DNA of 64,000 nt from Octopus vulgaris (taxonomy: Eukaryota): positions 152,396,001 to 152,460,000 of the forward strand of contig OX597814.1 of NCBI GenBank assembly GCA_951406725.2, in the 5' to 3' direction. This document shows positions 27,474-41,454 of the stretch, one piece after another. The number at the start of each line of letters is the position of its first letter. Position 1 is the stretch's first letter. Both the position numbers and the translations under genes were made by a program. A model generated the notes under the pieces. The model did no database searches, was not told the origin of the DNA, and worked only from the letters and a program-made list of their open reading frames with translations.

Positions 27474-28724
27474 ATTCTCTCTGCTTTTCTTTAACCTCAC
27501 CATCAGAACATCACCCCTCTGCTAAAATTATATTTTTAACTCTCCTCCTCTACCTTCAAGTAACTTTTTTAGCCACGTAATATTACGTTCCCTCTATTTC
27601 ACGTCATGGACGCTTTTCTTCCTCTCTTTTTCTTTCTCCTTCTTTCTGTCTCATTCTTTGCCTTATCCTCTTTTTCACTCTCTTTTTCTTTCTGCTTCCT
27701 TTCCCTTCAACTAATCCCGTGAAAGCATTACAATTAAATTCCCTCTGCCTCACGTCATGGACGCTTCTCTCTCCCTCTTTTTCTCTGATCACAGGAAAAC
27801 TTTACCGACGGGCTAAGTAACGCAATGACAAGCATAATAAGATTGATCCAATATGATTGAATCACCATGTAAATGGTTGACATACACACTGATTCATGTA
27901 CTCTTAATTGTCAGATGACATCAGCATGATACAAATGTAACATGGCTGCACACTTGAATTACCGATCCAATCCATTGGATGGGCTTCCTCTTAGTTTCCA
28001 TCTACTCAATTTCACTCGAAAAATGACTTTCATCGATACAAGGCAATGAGAAAAGATACTTACCTAAGATGTCATTCAGTAAGACCGAACACAGGACGTC
28101 GAAATTAACAGACCGAATTCTTCACCGATCAGCCACATACTCACACGCACACACACATACACACACACAAATACTCATGCCCATTTTATTATTCTTACTA
28201 CCAAAGGCAAAAAGCCTGAAATTTTGCGGGAGGTTCTCATTTTATCGAACCCAAAAGGATGAAGGGCAACAATCAGCTTTGGCGAAATTTGAACTCAGAG
28301 TCTAAAACCGGAAGAAATGCCGCTAAGCTTTTCTTCAGGTTTCTAACAATCCTGCAAGTTTACTGCCTTTTATATGTACATATATTTTCTTCAATAATAT
28401 TTTCCTAGTAAAGTTTATTTGCCAACAGAATGTGGCGGTCCTATATAGGACGATGTTACTGTTGTTTAAACCCCAGGAAAACATCTTTTCCAGCTGGCTA
28501 TCGACACACAGTCTGTGTCTATATAATGTTTGCAAGGGAGGTCATCGCTCCAATCTCCAGCCTTACATGATACCCACAAACCCGTCCTCGGTGTGAGGCA
28601 ATCACTGGCTGTTGATGAAGCTTTCTCCACTCGCAAACACTATATATTCTTTAAGCGACACACAGTCGCTGATATTTTCGAATAATTTCATATAATATTT
28701 TCTTCAATATTTTCATCGGGTGAA

Positions 28725-29352
28725 AAGCCTGAGATACGTGGAGAAAGGAGTTAGTCGATTACATCGACCCCCGTGTTCGACTAGTACTTATTTTATCGAA
28801 TTCGAAAAGATACAAGGCAAAGTCGACCTCGGTGACATTTGAACTCAGAACATAAAGCCGGACAAAATGCCGCTAAGTATTTTCTCCGGTATGCTAAAGA
28901 TTCTGCCAGCTCAACGTGTTAATAATAATGGTTTCAAAGGCCAGCAATTTTGAGAGAAGAGGCTAATCGATTATATCGACCCCAGTTATCAGCTGGCAGT
29001 CATTTTAGCGACCCCGGAAAATGAAAGGCAGAGTCTACTTCGGCGGAATTTGAACTCAGAACGTAAAGACGGAAAAAATGCAGCTAAATATTTTAACAGG
29101 TGTGCTAACGATTCTTCCAGCACGTCGCCTAAAAATACTGATTTCAAATTTTGACACAAGGCCAGCAGTTTCGGTTGTGGGGGTAAGTCGATCCCATCGA
29201 TCCCAGTGTTTGACTGGTACTTATTTTATCAACCCCGAAAGGATGAAAGACAAAGACAGCCTCAGCGGTATTTGAACTCAGAACGTAAAGACTAAAGAAA
29301 TACTGCTAAGCATGTTGTACAGTGTGCTAACGATCCTACAAGCTCTCCACCT
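28725..29352 (-). mobile_element. Three tandem diverged SINE family A units (~210 bp period)
   Basis: Three repeats of tttgaactcagaac.taaag...tgctaa.gat. Confidence 0.8.
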
Positions 29353-29809
29353 TTAATATAGACATACGTATAATGTCACTTTCTGTATTGAAATATTCAG
29401 ATTAGATTTTCAAATCAAAGAATTGAAGGAAAGTGGCGGCTTATGTAGCAAAGAAATATAATTATGCATGTAGTCAAGAATGCATTTAATCCTATCCTAA
29501 TCCAAATGCTCATTCAACGTTACCAAAGAAATCTGCTCAAAGTCATGAGATCTATAATAATGATTATTCGATAGAACTGGATGAGAGAAACCAACTTCAG
29601 AAAGATAGCGAGATTTATTCATTGATATAAATATATAATTTCTAAGATTTTAATCATCTATAATCAATAAAGGGATTGATATATTGATATAATTAAATAA
29701 TTTCTGAGATCTTAATCAGCTAAAATCAATATGGTCATTCACAATGAATATGCCCAATATTACATATGAAGAAGCGCAATCAGTAATATATAGATAGGTA
29801 GATAGATAG

Positions 29810-29857
<48 letters not shown>

Positions 29858-30206
29858 TAGATAGATAGATAGATAGAAACATATATGTTTGCGCGTGTGT
29901 ACATGTATGTCTGTATATATATATATGCATGCATGTATGTATGATTGTATGTATGTATGCACGTGCGCGCGTGTGTGTTCGTTTGTGTATGTATATATTA
30001 TGCTTAGATATATCAATTTCATATTCTAAACTGACGCCGATTGTTTGTTCATTCTGTTCTTTCTTTCTACTGTACATGATGTACATGCATCCATCCGTGC
30101 ATACATGCACACACACACACACGCATATGTATATTTTATATAGATAGATATATAGACAGCTAGATAGATACCTACATACATACACACATACATACATGCA
30201 TATATA

Positions 30207-30306
<100 letters not shown>

Positions 30307-30331
30307 ATATATGTATGTATATATATATATG

Positions 30332-30388
<57 letters not shown>

Positions 30389-30415
30389 TTTATTTAAAGC
30401 AGCAGAAAATTCAAC

Positions 30416-30462
30416 AAAATCTGTTACTCTGAGTTTCTCGTTGCCGTTCATCAGACAGTTTT
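30416..30462 (-). ncRNA. Type I hammerhead ribozyme (mirror copy)
   Basis: Reverse complement of 30532-30578. Confidence 0.75.
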
Positions 30463-30531
30463 TGCTAGAATGGAACCGATATATCAATTCGATCGTCTAG
30501 ATCGAATTGATATATCGGTTCCATTCTAGCA

Positions 30532-30578
30532 AAAACTGTCTGATGAACGGCAACGAGAAACTCAGAGTAACAGATTTT
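30532..30578 (+). ncRNA. Type I minimal hammerhead ribozyme
   Basis: aaaactgt-CTGATGA-acg gcaa cga-GAAA-ctc a gag-TA-acagatttt; core is complete. Confidence 0.8.
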
Positions 30579-30675
30579 GTTGAATTTTCTGCTGCTTTAA
30601 ATAAAGCATATTACTCTACCACTGTTATTTGAGTACTCTTTTTTCCACCTTGTTTCACATTTATGTGTTTACTCC

Positions 30676-30727
<52 letters not shown>

Positions 30728-30729
30728 AA

Positions 30730-31104
30730 ACAAGTTTAAAATAACGGTTATTAGATATTATGCCTTTATTGGAGTAAATTTGGCTCACAGCTGTTTGCAG
30801 TAATCATTATAGGTACATTAGTGATAATTTTACCCAATTAGTTTATTGATCAATTGAGGTAAATTGAACGACCTAAGAAAATTAATACCACTTTCGTCGG
30901 AGCCATTTCTGGTTACAACAAACTTGTTGTAACCAGAAATGGCTCTGGCGAAAGTACTGGGTTTCTTCAATTTGCCTCAATTGATCAATAGACCAATGGA
31001 GTGAACCTATCAGTAATGTACATATGACGATTACTGGAAACAGCTGTAAGCCAAGTTTGCTCCAATAATGGAATAATATGAAATGACCGTTGTTTTTAAC
31101 TTGT
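30730..31104. mobile_element. Diverged fold-back PLE-like insertion with decayed HHR in each arm
   Basis: Perfect 22-bp core arms 30900-30921/30924-30945 and imperfect outer arms. Right arm reads tggct-CTGGCGA...GAAA-cagctg-TA-agcca. Confidence 0.8.
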
Positions 31105-31125
31105 GTGTCTCTGTCTGCGTGTATT

Positions 31126-31850
31126 CTTTTATTTCTTTTAATGCTTTCAGCCAGAAGCTTGGACCATGCTGGATACTGCTTTTCAGTGTTTTTTAGTCTT
31201 CTTTCAATACTATTTTTTTGGTGAAGTTAGATAGTCGTAGCTGCCCTTCTTTATGCCTCTTGTCGTGATGTAAACTTATCTGGGATTTCAGATAGAAGTT
31301 TGTCCAGGTGCTTTTTGAACGCTTCCACATCTACACCTTGCAGATCTCTTAAGTTCTTTGGTAAGATGTTAAACAGTTGTGGTCTCCTGAAACCCAAGTT
31401 GTTGCAATACTGGGTCCTTATCTGAGATGAAGAAAACAGTATCTTTGGTATTATGCAGTGCCGTCCAGATCAGTGAGTGGTATAGCTTATAATTCCAAAC
31501 TTGGGAGCTAGACCTTCCATGATCTTCCATATGTATATTACAGCATATCTTTCTCACCTCTCCAGGCAGTAGAGCTTCAGTTCTTGTTGCCTTTCCCGTA
31601 GCTCATCTATTTCACCCAGTCAATCTTCTTGGTGTAGTGGCGCTGGATTGCCTCAAGTTCCACCGCCAGTTTGACGCTCTGCAGCCACCACAGTTGAGAG
31701 CAGTAATGCAGACGACTGATGGCAAATGTCCTCCATAGGAGCAGCAAGGTACCTTATTTCTGGTTCTGAATGACCTAAGCATCCATCAAGCTATTCGCCT
31801 ACACAGTGTTGCCATATTGGCAATATGCACATGAAATTTTGCATCACTAT
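31126..31850 (-). mobile_element. Decayed CR1-group LINE 3' fragment with 3' tail
   Basis: AIQRHYTKKI...ELKLYCLER...YAVIYIWKI; tail ccagcatggtccaagcttctggctgaaagc...aaaagaata. Confidence 0.75.
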
Positions 31851-31855
31851 ATACA

Positions 31856-32012
31856 GGCACAGGTATGACAGTGTGATTAAGAAGTTTGCTTCCCATTCAC
31901 ATGATTCTGGAGTCAGTCTCACTGCGTGGCACTGCTTACACGTCTTATACTTTAGCCCCGGGTCGACCAATGCTTTGTGAGTGGATTTGGTCGAAGTAAA
32001 CTGAAAGAAGCA
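31856..32012 (+). mobile_element. SINE family B head
   Basis: aagaagtttgcttccc...cactgcgtggcac...gtgagtggatttggt..aaactgaaagaagc. Confidence 0.75.
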
Positions 32013-32585
32013 CTCCATACGCAATACCATTCCACACACCGAACCATGCAAGATAATCTACAATGTATAACATATGACAGAACAAGTAGTCGGGTTATAT
32101 CAGATGGCAGAATTAAGCATTTGTAAAATAGTGAATTAACAGGATCGTTAACAAACCGGACAAAATGCTTCGCGGCTATTCGTGTCTTTACGTTCTGAGT
32201 TCAAATTGCGCCATGATGGACTTTGCCTTCCATTCTTTTGGGGTCGGTGAAATAAGTACCACTAACTACTGGGGACGCTGTTATTTCCCTCCCCTCCCCT
32301 CAAAACTACCGGCGCTGTGCCAAAAATGTAAAACCATTGCTAGGCAATTGTATAAAGAAAGGATAAATGGTTACTAGATATTTTTTGTTGCTCTTTTTGT
32401 CATTGTTGTGACTGCTATTGTAGTTATTATTATTGGTGATGATGATGATGATGATGATGTGGTTGTGTAGCCCGAGGTCAGCCTTGATCAACCAGATACA
32501 TACATGCATGCATTCATGCATGTATATAAGTATGTATGTATATGTGTGTGTTACCACCCAGGCTCTTATTTTTGAGACACAATAT

Positions 32586-32893
32586 CACGTGATCACGTGA
32601 CCGACCAGGCCATCAGATGTTGCTACACATCGCTGGTCACAATGCGCTTCACATTGTTTTAGCCTTCAATGACACCACCCCGCTGGCTAAGCGAGCAGGC
32701 CAACAGAAGAAAGAGTGAGAGAAAGTTGTGGCGAAAGAGTACAGCAGGGATCGCCACCACTCCCTGTCGGAGCCTCGTGGAGCTTTAGGTGTTTTCACTC
32801 AATAAACACTCACAAAGCCCGGTCTGGGAATCGAAACCGCGATCCTACGACCGCGAGTCCGCTGCCCTAACCACTAGGCCATTGCGCCTCCAC
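32586..32893 (-). mobile_element. tRNA-derived SINE (same head as 53740-53963)
   Basis: Minus strand GGAGGCGCAATGGCCTAGTGGTTAGGG...GGTTTCGATTCCC (A and B boxes). Confidence 0.85.
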
Positions 32894-34430
32894 GAGACAC
32901 AATATATCGGTGATTATCTTATCCTGTGTGACCTTCCCACTTTTAAGACGGCAGAAGCGTCTTCGTTGGACCTGTAAGTGTATATAATTAATTCAGATAT
33001 CGTTTAGTGAGAAAAATGATATTGTTTGCGAAAGAAAGTAGGGAATGTGATTAGTATTTGAATAAAAAAAATGAATGCTGCATTTACCATGTATAGAAAG
33101 ATCATTTGTTGGAATAAGTGTAATATTAATAAAGATAGAAGAAGTCTCTTACGATAGAGATGTATTATGTTCGTGTGTGACTATTTAAGTTGATATATGA
33201 GTATTTGTAACGTGTGGAGGTTTAAAGTTTAGCTTCTGCGAAATATAAAACAAGTTTACGAGAAGCGACTCAGGAAATGTATACTCCATTCCATTAGAGT
33301 CCTACCGAGAAAACTGATCACCATGCAAACGGCGTTTTCCCTGGAATAGACAGAATATGTGATATTATTATTGCCAATATTTGAATATTGCAATTACGTG
33401 GGGTGTTATACGAGGTCTTCTATTTACTAAAATTCATATCATTTATCAACGCAGATAGCATTATTTTTCTCCCTTTTTTTTATTTTTGTTTTCTATTTTC
33501 AGTGTACATTTAAGTAATGCTTACAAACATAACAAACGAAAAACGATAAATAACCATTAATAAGGAATATTTTATACCAATTGGGGAGAAAGCAGTTTGT
33601 AATGGTTCGTTTGAAAGAAAAGTATCTACTATCTATACTGGTGGATAATCTCTAGAATATGTCACGCTGTTCCTTCAACGAAATACAAACAAAATGTAGA
33701 AATATATAACTATAACAATGTGTCAAGCATTTCATGATTAATGCTTATTTTAATGTTGGCGCAGATTCTTGAATCCAACTCTCTCTCTCTCGACGTCTAT
33801 AAAATATTATTCAAGCTACTGATTCAATTCAAGCTACCGATTCTTCAACAAATGTTCGTCTTGCTTTTTATTTAAGAAATATTGGATATAATATCACTGT
33901 TGTTATTAGTAATGGTGGAGTTGATGGTGGTGGTGACGTTGATGGCGGCGTGACGGTATGTGGTGGTGGCGGTGGTGGTACTAAAATCCAGATCATCACA
34001 GATCCACAGATTATGATCAAAGACCTACGATAATCTTATGTTTTCTTTTTGGCTCGTTTTCTTTTGGTGGGAAGTGTGGGGGGTCTGTTTTTTACTGTTT
34101 CAGTTGTATATATTTACTCCCACAGTATCCAATGTGATTGTTCTAAAAACAGTTGGGTGTAACTTAAAGGAGATTTGGCTGTTAGTGTGATTTCTAAAAA
34201 GTTTTAGTGACCATGATGATCTTCTCTTGGATCGACCAATAGAATTATTTGTTTATTTACTTCAGATACCTATTGATAGTAGTAAAACAGTCAGATAAAG
34301 TTCATAAGGAGAAAGGGAGGCTGAGAGAGAGGGGTCAGTCTTAAAATCTCCTTTATACTGGTAAATTTTAAGTTCCAACAGCATACATACATACATATAT
34401 ATATATATACATGTGTGTATGTATGCGTGC

Positions 34431-34514
<84 letters not shown>

Positions 34515-34534
34515 TAGTGCACATGTGTATACAA

Positions 34535-34905
34535 CCAACCTTTCCCTCTCCTGGGGGTCGAATACCGCAGCTGATACCTTACTGTGCCACCAGTTCTAAC
34601 ATCCACCTATGCCTCCTGCTTCCCAATTCTAGCGAATACAGCCCGGAGATACTTAAATTTTGCCACTCGCCTTAGTGATGTTCCAATAACGTGCAGAGAA
34701 CTCTGGGAAACTTTCTTGAGAGGGCCATCGTCTCAGTCTTTGTAAAATTAATTCTGATCCCAGCGTTACAGCACTCAACAGCAAACCTGTTCAGTGTATG
34801 CTGGTGAATACCATCTCATTAGTCAAGTAGCATCATGCATTCTAAAAAAAAATATCAGCAGACCGACTCTACACACTCCGATTGTGAACTGTTTCCACTC
34901 AACTT
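34535..34905 (-). pseudogene. RTE-like LINE RT fragment
   Basis: QHTLNRFAVECCNAGIRINFTKTETMALSR followed by FKYL in another frame. Confidence 0.65.
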
Positions 34906-36813
34906 CATACGTTCAATTACTTGCCATAAAATAATAGTCTTTCCAGTTGTTTGTAAAACAAGAAGCTACATATACATAACACATACATAACATATACATG
35001 TATATACATGTATATATACCATATACATACATATACATGCATATACATGCATACATACCATATGCATATATATATACGTGCATATTCCCTCACACGCAAG
35101 CACATCTATAAATACATAAACAAACATGCATACACACACATATTTATGAACACATCTCTACACATACACACATACACACGTACACACTCGCACACTCACA
35201 CACACACACACACACATGTAGATCTCAGAGCTCCTAGTTGTCTATAATCATCCGTCTTAATCTATGTATATTGAAGTCTATTTTGTGATTTTTTTTTTCT
35301 GTGGTTGTTGTTTTTCATTTCAAATCTTTCTTCTCATCTTGTCATGTTTTAAGTTTTTTACATTTCTTCTCTTGTCGTTTTTTTTTTTTTTTTCATTTTA
35401 CTTTATTCACCTATGATCCTTGCCCAACGTATCTTTCCTCTCCCGATATTAATATTTCTCCCGAAAACAGCAAAACCTTTAAATCTTATTTCTATATGTC
35501 AAATGTAAATGCAGCCATTTTTTTCCAGCAACCGTTACAAGCAAAGTTCATATTGGTTATCATATTCAGGATGAAAAAAACAAGAAGACAAAAAATGTAA
35601 AAGAATTAAAGACGAAATAGCTTGTTTTGAAATTCATTGGATTTTCAGGTTGAGAAACTCGACATCAGTGCAATATGTCACTCAAACGATGCTATCCTAT
35701 CACTCGTTCCCCCAGAGGTAAGGGATAATGTTATCTTATGCATCAGTTAAATGCATATGCATATGAATATATACACATATATCTCTTTCATAAAAAAAAT
35801 TGCGATACTGGTTAAATTGTGAATTTTAACTAAAGAAGAAGAAGAAGGAGGAGGGGGAGGAAGAGAATAAGAAGAAGCAGAAGAACAACAACAAAAATAA
35901 CAACAACACAACCTAAAATTTTGGGTCCACTAAAGTTTGCACAACAACTCACAGAGCCTCTCCATCCTACTGTCATGATTCAGAGACAAACCAGAGCAAG
36001 ATATCCGGTGCCAATATGAGTCACAGGCTCAGGAATGTGGGAGCGCCATGATTTCATGTGCAAACAAAATATTCCCAAAAAGTTCAATGCTATTCTCTGC
36101 ATATCTAGTTTTATATCAGAGTGACCTTCTCCTCGAGACATATTTTAGTAAAAGCTGAGCAGGTAACTCAGTCCCAAAGGTCTTTCAACCTGCCGAATAG
36201 AAACCCGGAATTTATGAGGTACCGTGTTATTACTAAATTGTTGTTGAACATACACTAGGTTCATCCGTCCTTTTCACGGGTCTTGTTTTTTGTCCTGCTG
36301 GGTTTCCGGCAGCGCATCTCACTAGGCAAGCCTAGTGGAAGTGCCGACGACCCGACCGTGTGATCTCTTGGCATATGGTATTCAAACAGCATGTTGTATT
36401 CTCAAAGCAAATAACTCTCTATGAGCACATAGCACCGTAGAGCATCGCATAACATCATACAGTATCATTGAGCATCACAGAGCATATGAATTGATCAGTT
36501 AAATAATAATGATAATGTAAATATTTAGATTTACAATATAACAATTTGGAAATGTTGATATAACCGCTAGATCTGAGAACATATTATATCCACAGAGCAG
36601 TCATTTCAACTGTTCCAGCAAGGCCTTATTCGAAATGACTGAAACGAACAAATAAATTGTATACTTGTATGTACATGTGTATATATCCATCTGTCATTCT
36701 ATATCTCCACTTGCCAAGATATATATATATCTATGAGTCATATCTATTTATATACATTACTGCAATAAGGCCGGTCAAACTTCTACTTTAAATGTTAAAT
36801 GAGGATGTAGATA

Positions 36814-36850
<37 letters not shown>

Positions 36851-36942
36851 CAAAGTAAAGTTGTAAGATACCGCACGAGTGGAAATATATATGAATGAAG
36901 GTTTGAAAATGCAATTTTAAAGATGTTTGCATCCTCAAACCT

Positions 36943-37002
<60 letters not shown>

Positions 37003-37046
37003 ATACATACATACATACATACATACATACATACACACACACACAT

Positions 37047-37088
<42 letters not shown>

Positions 37089-38485
37089 TCAACAATTCTG
37101 TAAGGGTTGTGTCATGAGTAGAGTTGTTGTTAATGCTGTTGTTATTATTTACCTTCAGATCACCTCTTATCAAAGGCACTCCAAGTGTGAATAACTATCA
37201 TATTTTTGGCGTAACGTACCTGGAACAAATGTGTCCTTGATCTTTTTTTTTTTAATGGAGTAGATTATAATTTTAGTGAGATTTGGTTACTGCTTCATGC
37301 AAGACGAACGACGGCATCGAGTCACTCTCCTTTGCTAATCAGCAATAGAGGCGGTTGGTTCTGGCGCCTTGCTCTGTATAAAGCAGCATATTGCCAGTAC
37401 ACATAATGCTTTGTGTCTATATCAAATCCACAGAGATATCGAAAATTTTCATTACACCTGCAAAGGAGAGATGCGTTACTAATCCGAGTAGAGATATTAG
37501 TTATCTTGACCTGGTTTTGAATCCTGGCTAGAATAACTTCTAACTTTACGTCGCTGATGCTCACAAGGATAAAACTTCAACATTGCACAACCTCATTTAT
37601 CTGTAAATATCTCTGGTTAAAGAAGAAATCAATATTTGAAGTTGATAGGAACAACAATAAATAAATAAATAAATAAAACTGCCCACCAAGTAAAAAAGAA
37701 ATTTAATCTCTGTGAGGCTTTCCTTCATGTATCCATTATATTTCTTCAGTAAGGAAAATAAAACTCGTTGCCTCAAGAAGCCCTCACAAATGTTTAATAA
37801 AGGATATCACTTTATCAATCATAACAGCTTTGTTTTCTCAGTAAGGAAAATATGAGCGTTTTTCGTTGATTGATCTTTACCGAAACCATATCGTAAAATA
37901 GCAATAAATATCACAAACATATTGTGGTACAAATATTGCTAACAACTTCATTAACGCCGCCATCATTCTCATCTCACTTTATCCATCTCGATTTCTTAAT
38001 CTGAGGGTTTGAGAGTCAACGTATGTGTGTAGGGGGCGTGGGTATATATATATATAACGTCGGTGTAATTAATATATATTTATACATGATGGTATATAAC
38101 ATACATGTGTATGTATACAGACATATATGTACGTGGGGGTGCCAGTGGGGTTGTCACATGTGTGTGCAAGAATTGAAAGCAATATTGAGTAAAATAGAAC
38201 TCAATGCTAATTGCGGGGTTCTATATTTCTTTTTAATTAACAGCTAGGTATTCTCTGTTTACATTACTAATTATTAATTTCCCACTTGCATGGCTTTTCA
38301 CGCGTGAAATGAAGTCTTATAAGAGCGAAAAAATTACTTGTAGTGTTAATACAGAATAATGAGCTATTAACGTGTATGTGAGTGTGTATGTATGTATATA
38401 TGAATGCACGAATGCATACGTGTGTGTGTGTGTGTGTGTACGCGCGCGCATGTGTATGTGTGTGTGTGTGCGTGTGTATGCATAC

Positions 38486-38526
<41 letters not shown>

Positions 38527-38713
38527 TACATATATATATACATATTTATATATATATGTACATGTGTATGTATATGGATGTATATATGTAAGTAAATATG
38601 AATGTGTGCATGAATGCAGGTATATATTTATATACACATATATATACATCTGTCTTCGTCTTTTGTTTTTCTATAAATTTCATCTATATATATATATACA
38701 TATATATATATAC

Positions 38714-38804
<91 letters not shown>

Positions 38805-40249
38805 ATAGTGGTGCAACAATGCACCAATATTTACTGGAAAGCAATATTACTGTATTGCTCTATTTAATAATTTTTTCTATACGTATATGTGTGTTTATAC
38901 ATCGTTATTTGCGCCGTGCACAGCGAGATATGGGAGGATTATTTGCATTTTTATTCCTCACACATCTAGGAAGATTCAGACGCAGACTATCAGTGGGCAG
39001 ATATAAACACCTTTCAGTAAACATTTGTTCGCTGAAAGTATTTAAAAAAACTAGCGGCTGCGTTTAGGCTCAGACTTCCGGTTATTTCTGGATGATGAAG
39101 CACAACATGTCGCAACGCCTGTATCCTATAATGTCATGTGCAAATGAACCGATTGTGTTGAACACACTGTCGTCATAAAAGGGATAAATCACTCTCTTGT
39201 AACATATACTACAGTGACCATCATATTTTGCGTGTTAATAGATTTGCGAATAATCATGTTATATATATCTTTATATATATAAATCACAAAAATGGGGGAA
39301 AATGTCCATCGCTCCTGATTGGGAGTTCCTACAAGTTGTCTCGCCTATCTATGACTTCCAAGGTTTTTAACCCTCTGTGATTTAATTCGCAGCTAGCTGG
39401 CAAACAGGCAATAAAATATATAATGGTAAGAGTAAGTAAAAAGTACGTCAACAGTCATAGAACAGATATAGACAAGATTAGTGTTCAAACCAAATCGAAT
39501 ACCTAAAATCCAACTTCTTATTCATGGGAGGCGCAATATATTTAATCAACAATCAGATATAGGAAACCAGCGACCGAGCTATAGAAAACAGAGATAAAAT
39601 AAAAGACGGACAAGCAATTGTCTATGGCATGAAAGCATTCATGAAAGAATTTGTAAATACGCATATAAATATAATTAAGCAGAAATCTGGAAGATAGTCC
39701 ATGATAGACCTTTATAAATAATTGCGAACAAATAGGAAGATTCAAGGTATTCCTTGAACGTATGAATGCACATGTGTGTATGTGTGCCTGCGTAATATAT
39801 ATATATAAGTATATATGTAAAGAGGCGGGGGAGAGAGATTATATAAGATTGTATGTATGTACATATTTGCACACGTCCATAATTCGCGTAGATAGACATA
39901 AAGGGTTGAATGGAGATTACTCCTTGCGTTTTCGGCGCCTATCATCACAAAAATTCATTCCGGGCCTATCAGCTTTATTAAACAATCGTTATTGTTATGA
40001 TCTTCCTCTCCTAAGAAACATCATATTCAAGATTTTGACGATTTGTTTTCAAAACTTGAACTATATTCTGTAGAGAATCACTACAAATTACATCGACCAT
40101 AAGCACGTGAAAGACAAAAAATGCAAGCAAAATCGAATAATGCGAGATTTGCAATACAAAACAATACGGTCAAAATTAACAGACAGGTTTATGCATTCGA
40201 TTGTAAAAACAAGATTAGAGGATAAATCAGTTATAGACATATATATGAC

Positions 40250-40640
40250 TGTTTAAGAAGTTCGGTGTTCAACCACATGATTTGGGATTCAGACCCATTG
40301 TCTACCGAATTGATCACAAGGCCAGTCAATGTCTTGCGGTGAATTTGGTAGACTGAAACTGTGTGTCAAATATACATGTGTGTATGTAAGCATGGGTGCA
40401 TATGCACACACAAACACACATATATACATGTACGTATATACGTGTGTGTGGGTGTATCTTTGTGTCTATCCTTATGCAGCTAGACCACCAGTATTGGTTT
40501 GTTTATGTCCCTGTACTTTAGCAGTTCGGGCAAAGTTAACGATGCAAATACCAGACTTCAAAAGTAGTGGCCTCGATTTGTTGGGCTAAATCCGTCAAAG
40601 TCATTCCCCAGCAGGGCCGCAGTCTGTAAGTGGAAAAGAG
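40250..40640 (+). mobile_element. SINE family B (diverged)
   Basis: ttaagaagttc..caaccacatg..gaatttggtagactgaaact..ccccagcagggccgcagtc. Confidence 0.65.
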
Positions 40641-41144
40641 AATAAATACGATTTTTAGACGGAAAACGTAAAGGTAGCCACAAGATTCTTCCAACCTAAT
40701 AAGAAGTTGGAAAGAAATGATTTTAGAGGCGAGCTAAGTAAGTCGTAACAAAACCGTGATGTCAGAATACGATGGTAAAAAAAAATTTGCTTGTAGTTTG
40801 ACTGGATTATCAGGAAACATTCGATTCTCTTTTTCTCTTGTGTATGTTAGTGGCCCAATGATTTGTTCATTAATCAAACCCATAGATTGTCTAGCTTCAA
40901 ACTACGCCACCATTCTCAAGTGAAATACATTTAGTTTTATTGTTTCTGATGAGATACACTATCATAGTGATATATTTCAAAGATATCATATCTTCGTAAA
41001 GCTGATTATACTAACGCAGCTTGTTATCTTTTCCGATGGAGAAACCTGTGGAAACTTGGAGAGCCTCTTAGTAAGACAGCGATACAAATCTAACACATAA
41101 ATTCTTTGTAAAGATAGATTCTGAAGACATGAAAAATACGCAAA

Positions 41145-41454
41145 AGAGATTTGGCTTGGTTGCAACATTCTCAAAAAGATGACTATAGATGGAGTTTAAC
41201 TGAAACTGGATTACGAAATGAAGGAAAGCTACATGACAGTCTTGCGGCATCTCTATCAATGGTCTGGCTATAAATTATTTTAAAAGATAAATGCTAAAAG
41301 CATAAAAGATATGGAGATAAGATTTGGTTTGGTCACAACATCCTCAAAAGATGCATATAAATAGAGTTTGGCTAAAATATATGTTCCAACTGGATTATGA
41401 AACGAGAGAAAACTACAAGGCAGTCATGTAGCTTCTCTATCAATGGTCTGGCTA
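41145..41454 (+). repeat. Diverged ~180-bp tandem duplication, probably RTE LINE C-terminal remnant
   Basis: Two units agatttgg.ttggt..caacat.ctcaaaa...aactggatta.gaaa...tctctatcaatggtctggcta; a WFGH motif is visible. Confidence 0.6.

Larger units (their letters stand above)
30388..30678. mobile_element. Fold-back PLE-like insertion in (TA)n: perfect 107-bp arms plus 72-bp tail
   Basis: 30388-30494 is the reverse complement of 30500-30606, with a 5-nt loop GTCTA; (TA)n on both sides. Confidence 0.9.

Noticed and set aside
28725-29352. CRISPR-like regularly spaced repeats
   Set aside because: Whole ~210-bp units are homologous SINE copies with no unique spacers, in a eukaryotic context with no cas genes.
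32815-32893. tRNA gene (also 53890-53963)
   Set aside because: A and B boxes are present, but the sequence continues into a shared SINE body without a proper acceptor stem.
37219-37457. Minus-strand exon candidate with a good acceptor and donor
   Set aside because: It overlaps repeat-derived sequence, has no recognisable protein and no supporting neighbouring exons.
41200-41430. Cadherin-like LDYE motifs (LDYETRENY) suggesting a protocadherin remnant
   Set aside because: No DxG, DxNDN or other cadherin motifs, the period is too short, there are stops, and a WFGH motif fits an RTE remnant better.
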